From the NCBI GenBank assembly GCA_964252035.1, contig OZ176209.1: a DNA stretch of 64,000 bases; one strand, given 5' to 3'. A program made the position numbers and the translations under genes. The notes below the pieces were generated by a model that was not told the origin of the DNA, did not search any database, and saw nothing but the letters and a program-made list of their open reading frames with translations. Source of the stretch: Podarcis erhardii. Lineage: Eukaryota. Numbering within the stretch: the first letter of the stretch is position 1; each line of letters opens with the position of its first letter. Positions 11,863 to 23,880 of the stretch are shown here, piece by piece.

Positions 11863-12907
11863 GTAAGTTGTTCAGATTTATAACCTTTATTGTGGTGGGG
11901 GTGGGGGTCATGAAGCTTGTTCCAAGGTTAAATTCTTACTGTCGTTTAAATAGTTTTCCAATGTTTTCTTTTATTGGTTACTTTTTTCACTCTTGGCAAA
12001 ACTGTTGCTTGCTATACTTACTGAAAATATCACTAGAACTTTTAAATAAGCACACAAGAGGCACATGGTATGAAAATAATGGTATCTAAAAGTAACTTTT
12101 TAGTTTCTTTATATATTCACATGTTAACTTGTTGAGTACAGATATGCTTAAAGATGCAATTGTGTTCTTATATGTGTTAGTTTATGGTTGTGGAAGGACA
12201 TAAGATGGAGGGAAGAGACGTTTTCATCCTTCCCTTTTTCTTTTACACCATCCACCTCATAGTCTTCTCATAGGCTGGTGAAGACCTATCCTAGAGGGCA
12301 GTGTTCGAAACTCCCATTGTTCTGGACACATTTTGTGATGGGGAAGTTCATTAATGCTCAAGCAGTTTCTGAGCTCTGGGTGCAGTACTGCGCCTAAGAT
12401 TTTGGATTAACACTGCAGAGTGAAAAGAAAGGAGGACCTTTTTCTGCCTCCCCACTTCCAACTACCCTCTGAAGACTGGAGAAGAGACCCTCTTCAGAAT
12501 ATTAGGGGCGGGGGAAGGACAAGACCATGTGAAAAATGAACACAATATTTTAGCTGCAGTTCATTCATTTTCAGCTTTGTATTTTTATTTTTTTAAAAAT
12601 GTGACTAGACATTCCATTGTTGTGCCTGTAAGCTAGGTTTAAGGTGCTTCCATATCTCAGTTTCTAACACTGCTAGAGGGTCCATGTAGACAAGGTAAAT
12701 GGCCAAATGAATGATTTAAAAGCTACCTCCGGCCCTGCACCTTTCACCAATGTTACAATTCTTTTTTACTGTTCCCTGCTAACACAATAATGATTTCCTT
12801 AAAAAAACAACCCAAAAAACCCCAATTATCAATATTATAGAGCTGACTTGTAGGGGGACCTGGGAAATAGAATTTCCTGGCCATTTCCACCATACCTTGA
12901 GGCTATA

Positions 12908-13155
12908 CAGGTAGCCCCCAGTTTACACGGGGGTTACGTTCTGAGGCATCATACACGTTGATGAAATCGTGTATATTTGAAAGGCATTGGGAAAGCCTGC
13001 AAACACCCCATTCTGCCCCCTGCCCTGCTTTTTTAGTGACATTTCAGTGATGTCTTTATGACGTTTCCTGGTCACTTCCATATACACAGTTCCATATACA
13101 CTTCCATATACACAGTTGGACACATATTGAACGTGCATAAATGGGCAGCTGCCTG
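12908..13155. mobile_element. Tc1/mariner (Tigger-like) MITE
   Basis: TA at 12906-7 and 13156-7. Imperfect TIRs CAGGTAGCCCCCAGTTTACACG / CGTGCATAAATGGGCAGCTGCCTG. Internal TTCCATATACAC x3. Confidence 0.75.
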
Positions 13156-14119
13156 TAATCTTCTCCCTCCCAAACACATTTAAATAGCTGAGTACCACCA
13201 GTTCTGGAATAGGGTTTGCACCTGTAGTAAACATTTATTATGATATGGAACTGGTTTGCTATTGTTTTGCCAGAAGTTATGAAACAGCTACAAATAGAAA
13301 CTATTGCCACACACCTACTACTACTCTTCAGCTCACTTGTTATGTTTCAGTCACTCAATACAACTACAGGAGCAACAAACTACAGAGCGGTGATTGGTTG
13401 AGTTAGCTGTGAGTCACAATGCTGGTACTTACCAGTGGCTTGAACTGCTAAAAGACCCCACACTGTGACTGTAGCACTCAATTCAAAGATAAATTATTGC
13501 AATGATTCCTTTAATTACAGTGTTGTAGCTGTACAAACATTTCTGTATTAACTCATATTGATGTATTTTGCAAGAAATGCTATATATTTTAATACTAAAA
13601 TGTTATCTACAATTTTAATGGCAAGCTTAGTACATTCTTAATTTGATCACTACCTATGTATGAGTATAAATGTAAATGTATTTTAAACAGCTAAAATGGA
13701 AAGTATGGATTGTTTCTCTGAGTCCATGGGGTAAGATCTGCTATAAAACCTAAGCAAAAACATACAATTGCAGTCTAAGCTGTAGTAATTGCAGTTCTTT
13801 TTATATGCATAGTTACTTGGTTAGTGATAAAGTAATGATGCTATAGTATAAACAGAGGTAAAACCATATGAAAAAGTTTAGGAATTGATGTTGCATAAAT
13901 TAAAACTTGGGATAGATCCCAGTCAAATTTAAGTGTTCCTGTGTCCCACTCATTTAAATGTGCTTTTAATTTTTCCATTGAGACTGAAAAGTGCTTAAAT
14001 TTGACTTTATCGCGCCTAATGTTTAATGAACTGTCCACTCAAAAGCCATAAGTTGAGTTGAGTTGCTAAATTGTATAAAGGAAAGCCCCAGGATTGAAAC
14101 CTATCTCTTCTTTTTTAAG

Positions 14120-14345
14120 GCTAAATGATAGTGAAATGGAAAGGCATCACTTCAAAGATCCAGATCTGTATTCTGATAAATCAGATAGGGAAAATGATCA
14201 TGATCGCGATGAATCGGATAATGATGGCTTGGGAGAAAGTGACACTGACACATCTGAGCGGCAGGATGACTCGTACATTGACCCTGAACCTGATCATATC
14301 AAGGAAACAACGTATTTGGAAGAAGTTCATGAAGAGCTTGGAGAG
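14120..14345 (+). CDS. OSBPL8: Coding exon 8, acidic linker (LNDSEMERHHFKD...EEVHEELGE)
   Basis: TTTAAG| acceptor, weak |GTTAAA donor, 226 nt. Inside ORF 14094..14393. Confidence 0.95.
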
Positions 14346-15288
14346 GTTAAAAAAAAAAAGTGTTTTTATGCAGTAGTAATGTTTTGGTTTTAATATTTTG
14401 AAACTAAAATTGTACCTTGGAAAGGCAGTCATTTTGGCAATATTTGAATTGCAAAATGGTTTCCTTTGCCTTTTTATCACACACTTTCTTGTCTTATGTC
14501 CCTCTAGCTGTAGGTCAGTTTTCAGACCACTGGTAGATTAATTGCTTTGGTAGGTTAATTTTTAAAGCATATCTAAGCATAAGAGGCCACCATAAAAAGC
14601 AAAAGAAACTGGTAGGATTTGGCCAAGGGACTATGGCTGGCTAAAGTTGATGCAGATTTAGAAATAACTTGACAAATCGAAACGCTAAGAGCCAGCCAGT
14701 CACCTGAGCCGGCCCAAAGGTAAACAGAGATTATTCTAGATTGACAACTGATAAGAGCAGCGAAGACATGCCCAAGGGCATTAATCAAGGTGAAACAGAA
14801 ATTTTGAATCTCATGGTTGAGTTAGAAGTTGTAGTGTGTTGCAGGTTATCTAGCCTTGGTTTGATAAATAGCTGTTTGGTGTTTTTTAAAAAATAGTTCA
14901 CGTTTCCTAAGAGCAGCATGTGAATTGCTTCACATGTTATATTTTGGCACTTGCTCATTCATGGCTGCAGGTTCCGGGTTTTAATTTAAAAAACAAAAAC
15001 AAACAAAAACAAAACTGCTTAGGGATAAATTGCCCAGAGTTGAGTCAGTTGGAGTGCTTTCTCTTAAGTTGTTCTTTGGAGCATTGTGTATTTTTGAAGG
15101 GTGGGTAAAGCAAGTTTACTGACAAACATGGGCTCTGACCAATGCAAAATAAATATGAATTCACCCCACGTCATAGAGAAGGCATTGGCAGTTTTGAACC
15201 ACAGTGACTGAAACCAAATACCTTCTGCAAATGTGCTCTTTCAATTAGTATCATGTTTATGTTCTATTCTCCTTTGTTGTTGTTGAAG

Positions 15289-15473
15289 GCAGGAGAAGCT
15301 TCCCAAACAGAAACAGTATCAGAAGAGAACAAAAGCTTGATATGGACATTACTAAAACAAGTACGCCCAGGAATGGACCTCTCCAAGGTGGTGCTGCCCA
15401 CGTTTATTTTGGAAACTCGATCTTTCTTGGATAAACTCTCTGATTACTACTATCATGCAGACTTCTTATCTGA
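15289..15473 (+). CDS. OSBPL8: Coding exon 9, ORD lid ([61 protein letters not shown])
   Basis: TTGAAG| acceptor, |GTGAGT donor, 185 nt. Inside ORF 15253..15477. Confidence 0.97.
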
Positions 15474-15634
15474 GTGAGTTGATTTCATTCCTCTACAATA
15501 AAAACTAACTTGATGTATCCGCTCAGTATTTTGTTTTCAGAAGCATTTTTTAACAATGCTTTCTTAATAAGTTGTAAAACATGTCACGCTTGCAATAAAT
15601 CATACTTCTAGCCCCTGGAATTTTCCTATCTTTT

Positions 15635-15910
15635 GTGGGGCCTACCTTTAAAGTCCTAAGCACCTTGGGATTCATGTACCTGAAGGAGTGTCTGTTCCCA
15701 CACCAACCTGCCCATGTCTTGAGAGCACCAAGAAAGGTGCTGATCCAAGTACTGCCTTTAGTTAGGGGTTCGTTATGGTTTTTACAAGGTAGAGGGCCTT
15801 TTATGCTTTAGACTTTGCCCCGACTTGAGAATTTATTTCTAAAGGACTTCACACAGCAAGTTTTTCAGTGTTGTGAGAAGGCTTTCTTATTTGCTCAGGC
15901 ATTTTAGTCC
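15635..15910 (+). mobile_element. L2 LINE 3' fragment, degenerate
   Basis: ACCTTTAAAGTCCTAAG...TACCTGAAGGAG...AACCTGCCC resembles the L2 ORF2 end (TFKAL.GLG..YLKD.L). Confidence 0.55.
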
Positions 15911-16193
15911 TGTTATTATTTCTAGTTTGTACACAAGATTTTTTTTTAGTTTTAACTTGTCTTCTGCCTTCTTATATATATTTACTGGCTTTATTTGTAT
16001 TTCCATCTTGCATTTGAATTAGTTCTTAGTCACACTTTTGTACACTGCTCTTTATTGTTTACGGACAAGATCTGCTTTTTACTCTATCCACATATTAATA
16101 GTTTTGAGATTTTATTGTACATTGTTCTTTAATTAAAATAAAGACTGTGTCCAAAAAAGTACTTAGATTTGCTTAACAAATCTTGTTTTCTAG

Positions 16194-16275
16194 AGCTGCC
16201 CTTGAAGAGAATGCTTACAATCGTATGAAACAAGTTGTGAAATGGTATTTGTCAGGATTCTACAAAAAGCCAAAG
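16194..16275 (+). CDS. OSBPL8: Coding exon 10 (AALEENAYNRMKQVVKWYLSGFYKKPK)
   Basis: TTCTAG| acceptor, |GTAACG donor, 82 nt. Confidence 0.97.
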
Positions 16276-17029
16276 GTAACGTGTCCCGAACACTTTCTGT
16301 GGTAGCAAATCCCTTCCCCTTTCACTCTTTTTCCTTGCCCCCACCCCCATACACTTTGGTGCAGATCAAAATTTGCCTATATACTCATGAAGGATATTTC
16401 TAGATACTAGTATAATAAGCCTGTAGGATGGTAGGGTGGTGGCTTTAATCATGGTGTTTGTTGGTTATATCTGTAGCAGGCAGGGTGGGTTAAAGAGGGC
16501 CCTTTTCTGCCACTCTTCACCTTCCTGAATTAAAATTTTAATTTAATTATAAAGGTCTTCTGTGACCATAAACACTTTTGGCTCACTATGCCATGTGGCT
16601 TCTGGAGGGTGGGCCGGTGGTCAGTTTTACCCTCAGCCCCAAAATAGTGACAGCTCTTGTGGGAGCTTAAGGGTGAGAATAATGGTTGTGCAGTGTAAAA
16701 TCTAGCACAATAGTTGTGTTAGAAGTAGCTTGTTGTGCAGCAAGTTGTACATCAAAAAGTATCAGGGCTTCAGCAGTCTGTTGCACAACTACCTTCGAGA
16801 ACCATCCTGGCTTTCTATCCTCCTGCATAAACTATTCTGCTAGCACAACTAATATACACAATCAGTACATATAGTCCTCTATGTTAAGAAAGGCATACTT
16901 TTTGCACATTATTTTTTCTCCCTAAACACTCGTAATCAGTCATCTCTATTTCTGGTTGACTGACTCCTCAGACACCAAATAGCAGCTATGGCAAAGGTCC
17001 CTGTGAAATACATGCCATATGGAGAGTTG

Positions 17030-17240
17030 GCATGGCATTGTGTTGAAATGAGACATGGGAGACCAGGATTCAAAGCCCCACTCAGCCATGAAGCTCACTG
17101 GTGATGTTGGGCCAGCCAAAGTGTCCTTGCCTAACCTACCTCACAGGGATGTTGTGATAATAATATGGGGAGAGGGACCATGCATACCACTTCGAGCTCC
17201 TTGGAGGAAATGTGGATTAAAAATGCAGTCAATCAAATAC
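17030..17240 (+). mobile_element. Squam3/Ther1(MIR)-derived SINE
   Basis: B-box-like GGATTCAAAGCCC, CORE GCCATGAAGCTCACTGG, CCTAACCTACCTCACAGGG, tail GAGCTCCTTGGAGGAA. Confidence 0.75.
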
Positions 17241-17572
17241 TTAACTAGTATTTGGTCAAATAAACACACAGTGCTGCCTCTTCTGCTTTTGATGTGAGCA
17301 CTGCGGTACTACAATGCAAAGTTGGCAGGCAGTGTTGTCTAGTGATTTGACTACTGGACTGGTTTAATAAAATGTAATGTGAGTCACAGAAATACATTTC
17401 CATAGTTGCTGTGCCTCTATATGCCCTACAAATATGAAATTTACCTTAGCTTATCCTGAGAGAGAATGTCACCATAGGGCTTTCCTTTAAATACTTACGA
17501 ATTGAAAACTCTTAGGCCCTTCTTTTTTCAGTTGGAATGTATTTTCTTAGCAAAAAATGTCTCTCTTTTCAG

Positions 17573-17671
17573 GGACTTAAAAAACCCTACAACCCTATCC
17601 TTGGTGAGACCTTCCGTTGCTTGTGGGTTCATCCAAGAACAAATAGCAAGACTTACTATATAGCTGAACAG
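17573..17671 (+). CDS. OSBPL8: Coding exon 11 (GLKKPYNPILGETFRCLWVHPRTNSKTYYIAEQ)
   Basis: TTTCAG| acceptor, |GTATTA donor, 99 nt. KPYNPILGETF ORD motif. Confidence 0.98.
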
Positions 17672-18188
17672 GTATTACCAAAGATGTAACAATTATTATT
17701 TTTTTATAACTAACAGCATTTCTTCAAGTTTTGTATTTCTTTACAGTGTCATCAAATAAATGAAGATGACCAGAGGAGAGCTTGGCATAATAGAACCATA
17801 ACACTTCTATTTTAGCATGTTTCATTTTTCCTTCTTTCCTTTCCTGTTTTAGGGATATTGGTTAGATTACGGTTCTTACTATTTTAGGCCTAGGGCTCTT
17901 TCCTATGTTGAAGGAAACACCAAAAGGACAAGTGACTGGTTTCTCTTCAGATCATATAAATCTTTCATACAAAGGTGTACAGGACTGCAATTTTTAGGGT
18001 GGAAGACCCATAAGACTTGGGATATACATTAAACATATTTTCCAAAAGAATCTTAACTGCACAGATTAGACATATTCCATTGCTGATGGCATTGATTCCA
18101 AAATACTCCATGTGACACTGTGGAGATTTCCTTCAAATGTCAGCAGGAATCTCTCAGCCAACATCATCCTAAGTCTTTGTTGAGGAGT

Positions 18189-18632
18189 TGTCAGGAGTTT
18201 AGCCTACACTCGAGTAGGACCCTGGTAGAGACACATGCCCGACTGGCATGTTCCCTCCCTCCTGGTCGATAGTTCAGGAGCTTCAAAAGCTTTCTTCTGC
18301 CCGAACATCACAGCGACCTATGCCAACCAGCACACTTAGGGATCCGCAGAGTTTGCGCATCATGCGTGTGACAGACCTCAGCAACTCAGCATGTTGGCTA
18401 ATCTACTTTATTTACATATAAACACACACGGAGCACTGCAATATGGCTCCCTCTCTCTCTAGCATCAGACAACAAAGAGAAAAAGAACAAAGGGCAATAG
18501 TCCCACTTCATGGAACACAGTAACACAAACACCCTGTCTCCGTCACTTCCCACTCTGTGGAGTCAAAACATATACCGTCATGTGAAAGACAAAAATCCCA
18601 TGACTGCAATCATGGAGCCGGGAATTCTAACA
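18189..18632 (-). mobile_element. Solo LTR (Gypsy-like), antisense in intron
   Basis: TG...CA ends with terminal inverted repeat TGTCAGGA/TTCTAACA, minus-strand AATAAA near 18410, CpG-richer than flanks. No TSD seen. Confidence 0.65.
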
Positions 18633-19362
18633 AAATTTGAGGTTCTTTCTGATACGCTAGGTGATGTTTTGAAACCCGTAAACTTGTTTCACAAAGTTTG
18701 ATAATCTGAAGGCAAGCGTTGTGGTGATATATGTGTCTATATGCAGGACATGCGCAATCAACTCACTTGAGAACTGACTTGTGAAGTTTGAGAATGGTTC
18801 TCTATATTTGGATGTGACTTGTTTGTACTTCCCACCTTAATTAAGAATAACATGTTACAGTTCTCAAATTTTCTAGCCCATGTGTAAATATTCTTTTGAG
18901 ATATATGTTTGAATATCTCAAGTTTGATGGGTTCTCCACAACAGACTAGAGTTTATGAGTGGGATGCTAATTTAAGGGCAAAATAATAAGTAATTTTTAA
19001 GAAAAGATGGTGGCTCTGTCTAGTAGTAAAACTGGTGCCTGAAATGCAATAGTGAGGTATGTACATGTGTGTCTCAGTTTGACTCATTTGTAACTATTAC
19101 TTTCTCTTTAACAATAAGCCAGTTATCAGCAGTCATAACTACTGCAGGTTTCTGGTTAGTTCGTTAGTTTAATTATGTTGATGTCATGTTTTTGCACAAG
19201 TATCTTCAATAATACTTGGTGTGTAGCTGCATATTTGGTGAATTACATCCACTTGCCTAGTGATTAGGATTCCAAAAAATAATTCTTCTGCACCCTTTGC
19301 TTGTTGCCACAGATTTTCAGAGCAACTCACCTGCTTATATTGAATTATGTTGCTTTCAACAG

Positions 19363-19459
19363 GTATCTCATCATCCTCCAATATCTGCCTTCTATGTAAG
19401 CAATCGAAAGGATGGATTTTGCCTTAGTGGTAATATCTTGGCCAAATCCAAATTTTATG
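19363..19459 (+). CDS. OSBPL8: Coding exon 12 (VSHHPPISAFYVSNRKDGFCLSGNILAKSKFY)
   Basis: CAACAG| acceptor, |GTAAGA donor, 97 nt. Completes the EQVSHHPP fingerprint. Confidence 0.98.
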
Positions 19460-19712
19460 GTAAGATCTTGGGTTAGTTTTTTCAGTGTCTACAAAAATGT
19501 GCCTATTTTTAATGATGAAAGTGTGTTAAATAATAATAATTTGATGAATGCAGTGATAAAAATGAATTGAAATAGCTTTCTCTCCACAAAAAAGAGTGCC
19601 ATAGTTCTTTTAAATTAATATTAGTCTACAGAATTTTCTGTGAGGACACTATTTAGTCTTGTACACTCTCTGGATGTGCTTCTTTGAATCTTAACATTTT
19701 ATTGTCTTTCAG

Positions 19713-19811
19713 GAAATTCATTATCTGCCATTCTTGATGGTGAAGGACGGCTGCTGTTCCTAAACAGAGGAGAGGAATATGTAATGACCATGCCATATGC
19801 ACATTGTAAAG
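19713..19811 (+). CDS. OSBPL8: Coding exon 13 (GNSLSAILDGEGRLLFLNRGEEYVMTMPYAHCK)
   Basis: TTTCAG| acceptor, |GTAAAA donor, 99 nt, phase 1/1. Confidence 0.97.
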
Positions 19812-20965
19812 GTAAAAATACCAGTTTGGCCAATCCAGCCTACGGTACTTACTTCTGGCATGCACAGGTAGCTTGAGAGTGAGACAAAGTCTGGGCCGAC
19901 TTGTATGGAGGTGTGATTAAGTGAAGAAACTGGAGAAGAAATGACTACTGTTTCTTCTTTTGCTCATAACCATAACTCAGGGAGAAAAAGGATTGCTAAA
20001 AAGTAACTGTTGCTTGTTTTGGCCCATGAGAAATCATGGACTAGAATATGACCCAATTTTCACACAAAAAATCATTTTTTTGTGGGAATTTGGTCCTTCC
20101 CTAATTTGGCAGACACATTCTGTCTGCAAAAATCCTTCAATAAATATTTAGTTGTGCTGCACAAAGGCCACTTCTTCATTCAGCGGTGTCCTTTATTACA
20201 TGTAAGATTGAATAATGGGGTATACATGATAGATGGAACTTAAAATATGCTAAAACCCTCCTACTCAATGCAAAAGTGAGCCCTCTCTGTGAAAGAACAG
20301 TCCAGATAGTTTGCATCATTTCTAAAAGAAGATTAGGGTTGTGAGTCTCCAAGGGGAGAGAAATTGATAGCTGTAGGTCATACTGAGCTTTGCACAGCGC
20401 TGGGACATTTGAAGGGCATTCTCTGTATACCTAAGAACAGGACAATGAAGGACACAGTGCTACATACAGTGAATGATAGCAAACATTGGTCACACTCATA
20501 GCAGACTCATTAAAATAAGCAGAGTTACTCCTTATATGGTGCTGTTGGTTATCACACAGTAGTTGTGCATATTTGAACTTATAAACAATTTGAATTTCTG
20601 CAGTGAAGATAAAGCAGTAGAATAAATAATGTCTTCTAAATAATTACTTCCAATAAGTAATGTCTTCCAGTGAGGATTTTAGTATTTTTGAATTTAACCA
20701 GCTGAAGATTTCTGCTGACTTTGTTTGTTGCTTGAGGGCTTATGAGCCTTTGATAGACAGTGGCTTTTTAAAGAAAAGGATTAGCCATATTGGTGGATTT
20801 TTCCTCTTGTTATCCATCTTGCCGTCAGTTAATTTTTCTTGGAATGTAACAAAAGGCATGGGCTTTAGTATACCATCTTTCATTATACTGTAGGTAGAAA
20901 TGGAAGTACAAAATGGAGGTAGCTTTGTAACAGTATTAGAATTAAAACGAGTTCTTTCTTAACAG

Positions 20966-21063
20966 GAATTCTGTATGGCACAATGACTTTAGAGCTTGGA
21001 GGAACTGTTAGCATCACATGTGAGAAAACTGGATACAGTGCAGCACTTGAATTCAAGCTAAAG
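20966..21063 (+). CDS. OSBPL8: Coding exon 14 (GILYGTMTLELGGTVSITCEKTGYSAALEFKLK)
   Basis: TAACAG| acceptor, |GTTAGT donor, 98 nt. Confidence 0.97.
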
Positions 21064-21481
21064 GTTAGTCAAACCTGTTTATAGGCACCAGAGGATTTAG
21101 CGTTAGAAAATACAGAGTAGTGCATTCATTCTTTTGGTTCTGCAGAGGAAATGAGACCTCTTTTACTGGCCTAGTTTATTTTTTAAATGCTGGAAGCAAC
21201 CTTTGAATATTAGTGGTGATGGTGATAATCATCATAATAAACCCTCCAGTACCTTGCAATTCTTTTCACACTTACCTATTGAACTTAGTGAGATGTATTT
21301 CTCAGTAAACAGCACAACCCTAAGCATATTACAGTTTTGGACAAAAAAAATCACTCTGGTTTTTTAAAAAAAAATCTGACCCAAAGTTAGCTATATTTAT
21401 TAATCAGTAGAATAGTTCATAACATTTATTTAGAAACTATGCAGAAAAACAAGACTTGTATATTAATCCATTCATTTTAAC

Positions 21482-21572
21482 CAGAGATGGGGAACCTGCT
21501 GCCTCCCAGATGGTGTTGGACACCAGGGATTATGGGAACAGCATTCAGAGGCCATAGATCTCCCCAGCACTG
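21482..21572. mobile_element. Fold-back hAT MITE, internally deleted
   Basis: CAGAGATGGGGAACCTG...TCCCCAGCACTG. Flanks ATTTTAAC/ATTTAAAT resemble a degenerate 8-bp TSD. Confidence 0.6.
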
Positions 21573-22287
21573 ATTTAAATAAAAATAAAGTAGTAGATTT
21601 AATACTTCTGTAGCTCAGATATAGTGCCATAGTTATTAGTTGCTCTAGCCATAATGTGTTCTGTGCACTTCCAGCATAATTTTTCTGTGTGGATAATTTT
21701 CTTCAGATAATCTCTCAAGGAATGTAAGAAGAGTTCAGAATTTGATTCTACTTAGTTCTGAGGGAATGATGACAGACATTATCTTAGGCTGACATTTCAG
21801 AAACCTCTTAGCAGCTTTTAGTAGCCTAATTTGCTTGTCATACAAAACCCTACTTTAAATAAACAGTACGTTGATGTGAATGAGCAGCATGCTGGTGTAC
21901 ACTGCTCAGAAGTTCCCAAAGAACTTCTCTCCTACTGCTGTCATTTTCTGCAGACCAAACATACCAGAATCTGGCTTGTTGTGTCCCCTGAACATGAATT
22001 TTTGGTTTCCCACCAAACAAACCACAAGCAGTAGAACAAATATTGGTTTCTGCTCATGATTTGGGAATAAACAAACCACGTGCCTGGGTTCAGAAAACAT
22101 GGCAAGCCTCCCTTTGGCTTACTTCATCTGCAGCACAATAGGTGTAAGGAAGGAGCACTATGGGAACTTTTACGTTAAACCCATCATTTGTTTTAAAATA
22201 TTGGCATAATGCAATGTGTTAACTGAGACATTATCTTATAAAGTTCTACACAGCATTATCAAGCATCTGATCTTTTTTCTTTAATAG

Positions 22288-22377
22288 CCATTTTTGGGCA
22301 GCAATGACAGTGTTAATCAGATAATGGGGAAAATTAAACTTGGAAAAGAAGTGCTAGCTACTCTGGAAGGCCACTGG
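22288..22377 (+). CDS. OSBPL8: Coding exon 15 (PFLGSNDSVNQIMGKIKLGKEVLATLEGHW)
   Basis: TAATAG| acceptor, |GTGAGT donor, 90 nt. Confidence 0.97.
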
Positions 22378-22869
22378 GTGAGTAGCATATTTATTTTCAA
22401 ATGTTGGGTAACCCTTTAAAATTTCTCTTACATTCATTGAATTATTGGTACATAATGCTGTTAAGAATGACACATTCCCCCCAATCCCCCCTTTGATTAC
22501 CCTAATTGCAATTCGGATCAAATATTTATTGTACTTTTTCAGAGGCCTTTCAAAAATTTGAAATTCCACTTCAGATTCTTTGTTTTCTAGATTCCATTGG
22601 TAGCAAAAAGTTTTGCAGAAGTACTGCATCTGAGGTCAAAACCTGACTGAAAGTAAATCAGGTTCCCTTAAATCAAGTTCCTCTTGCTGAAATAAGAGAT
22701 CTATTTTCAGATTTGACTTTAAATTGTCCCCAACCACATATGCCAAACTGGCAGAACAAACCTCATGGTTGCAAAAAGTGACTTTCTGAAGGAAGTCTTT
22801 GTTCTTATTGACTTTGTAAGATTGTTTACTCTTTGACTACGAAGTAATCTAATATGTTAAACATTACAG

Positions 22870-23006
22870 GACAGTGAAGTTATTATTAGGGACAAAAAGA
22901 CAGATGTTTCAGAGACATTCTGGAATCCAACACCCGAGATCAGACAGCGCAGATTAAGAAGATACACAGTGAAGTTTGAGGAGCAAGGTGACTTTGAGTC
23001 AGAGAA
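22870..23006 (+). CDS. OSBPL8: Coding exon 16 (DSEVIIRDKKTDVSETFWNPTPEIRQRRLRRYTVKFEEQGDFESE)
   Basis: TTACAG| acceptor, |GTAAGT donor, 137 nt. Confidence 0.97.
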
Positions 23007-23295
23007 GTAAGTTCATATTAAACCTGCTTTCTTATAGATTAATACATAGCAAGCATCATGCAGCTAATGGCTGGAAGCAGGAAGGGTGGAGGGTGAAAAA
23101 CATAGTACAGCAAAAAATACAGGAACTTGAGTTGGAGTAAATTGGAGAAATAATTTCTAAAATAGGTAACAAATTGAAATCAAGCTTATGTGGTAATTGT
23201 AATTTTGTTCAGATGATACGGCAGAAATAAACTTGCAATGAATATATTTGGACCAGTGTCTGATTCTTAACAGTTGTATTACTTGTATGTGCTAG

Positions 23296-23481
23296 ACTTT
23301 GGCAACATGTGACCCGAGCTATAAATAACAAAGACCAATCAGAAGCAACTCAGGAGAAATGTATTCTTGAAGAAGCACAGAGAAAGGCTGCCAAAGAAAG
23401 GAAACTTGCAGATGAAGAGTGGGTATGCAAACTGTTTGAGCCAGATCCACTCACAGGGGAATGGAACTACAGATATGCAGA
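23296..23481 (+). CDS. OSBPL8: Coding exon 17 (LWQHVTRAINNKDQSEATQEKCILEEAQRK...GEWNYRYA)
   Basis: TGCTAG| acceptor, |GTAAGT donor, 186 nt, phase 2/2. Confidence 0.97.
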
Positions 23482-23792
23482 GTAAGTTTTGGTTTGCTTT
23501 CCCTTTCTACTTGGGATACTAGCAAACAATTTTGAAACAGCTTGTCACATACTACATACTTGGCTGTAGTATGTAGTCTGACTGGTAATATGATCCTTCA
23601 TGCAGATATATCAGATAATGTTTTCCTTTAGATGAAGAGACCCTCCAGATCAGACAAGATGCATATTCCAGTCTTGATCTTCTTCATGAAATGCTAGTAC
23701 CTTGCATTTTGGAAAGAAACAGGATTATTAGTTTTTCTTTTTTTAAGTAGACTTACTTAACTTGCATTGTGTCCATTCTCTGTTGCCCACAG

Positions 23793-23880
23793 CACAAGAC
23801 CTTGGGATCCACTGAATGATATGATACAGTTTGAAAAAGATTGTGCTATCCAAACAAAAGTCAGACATCGGACACCAATG
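23793..23880 (+). CDS. OSBPL8: Coding exon 18 (TRPWDPLNDMIQFEKDCAIQTKVRHRTPM)
   Basis: CCACAG| acceptor, |GTAAGC donor, 88 nt. Confidence 0.97.
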
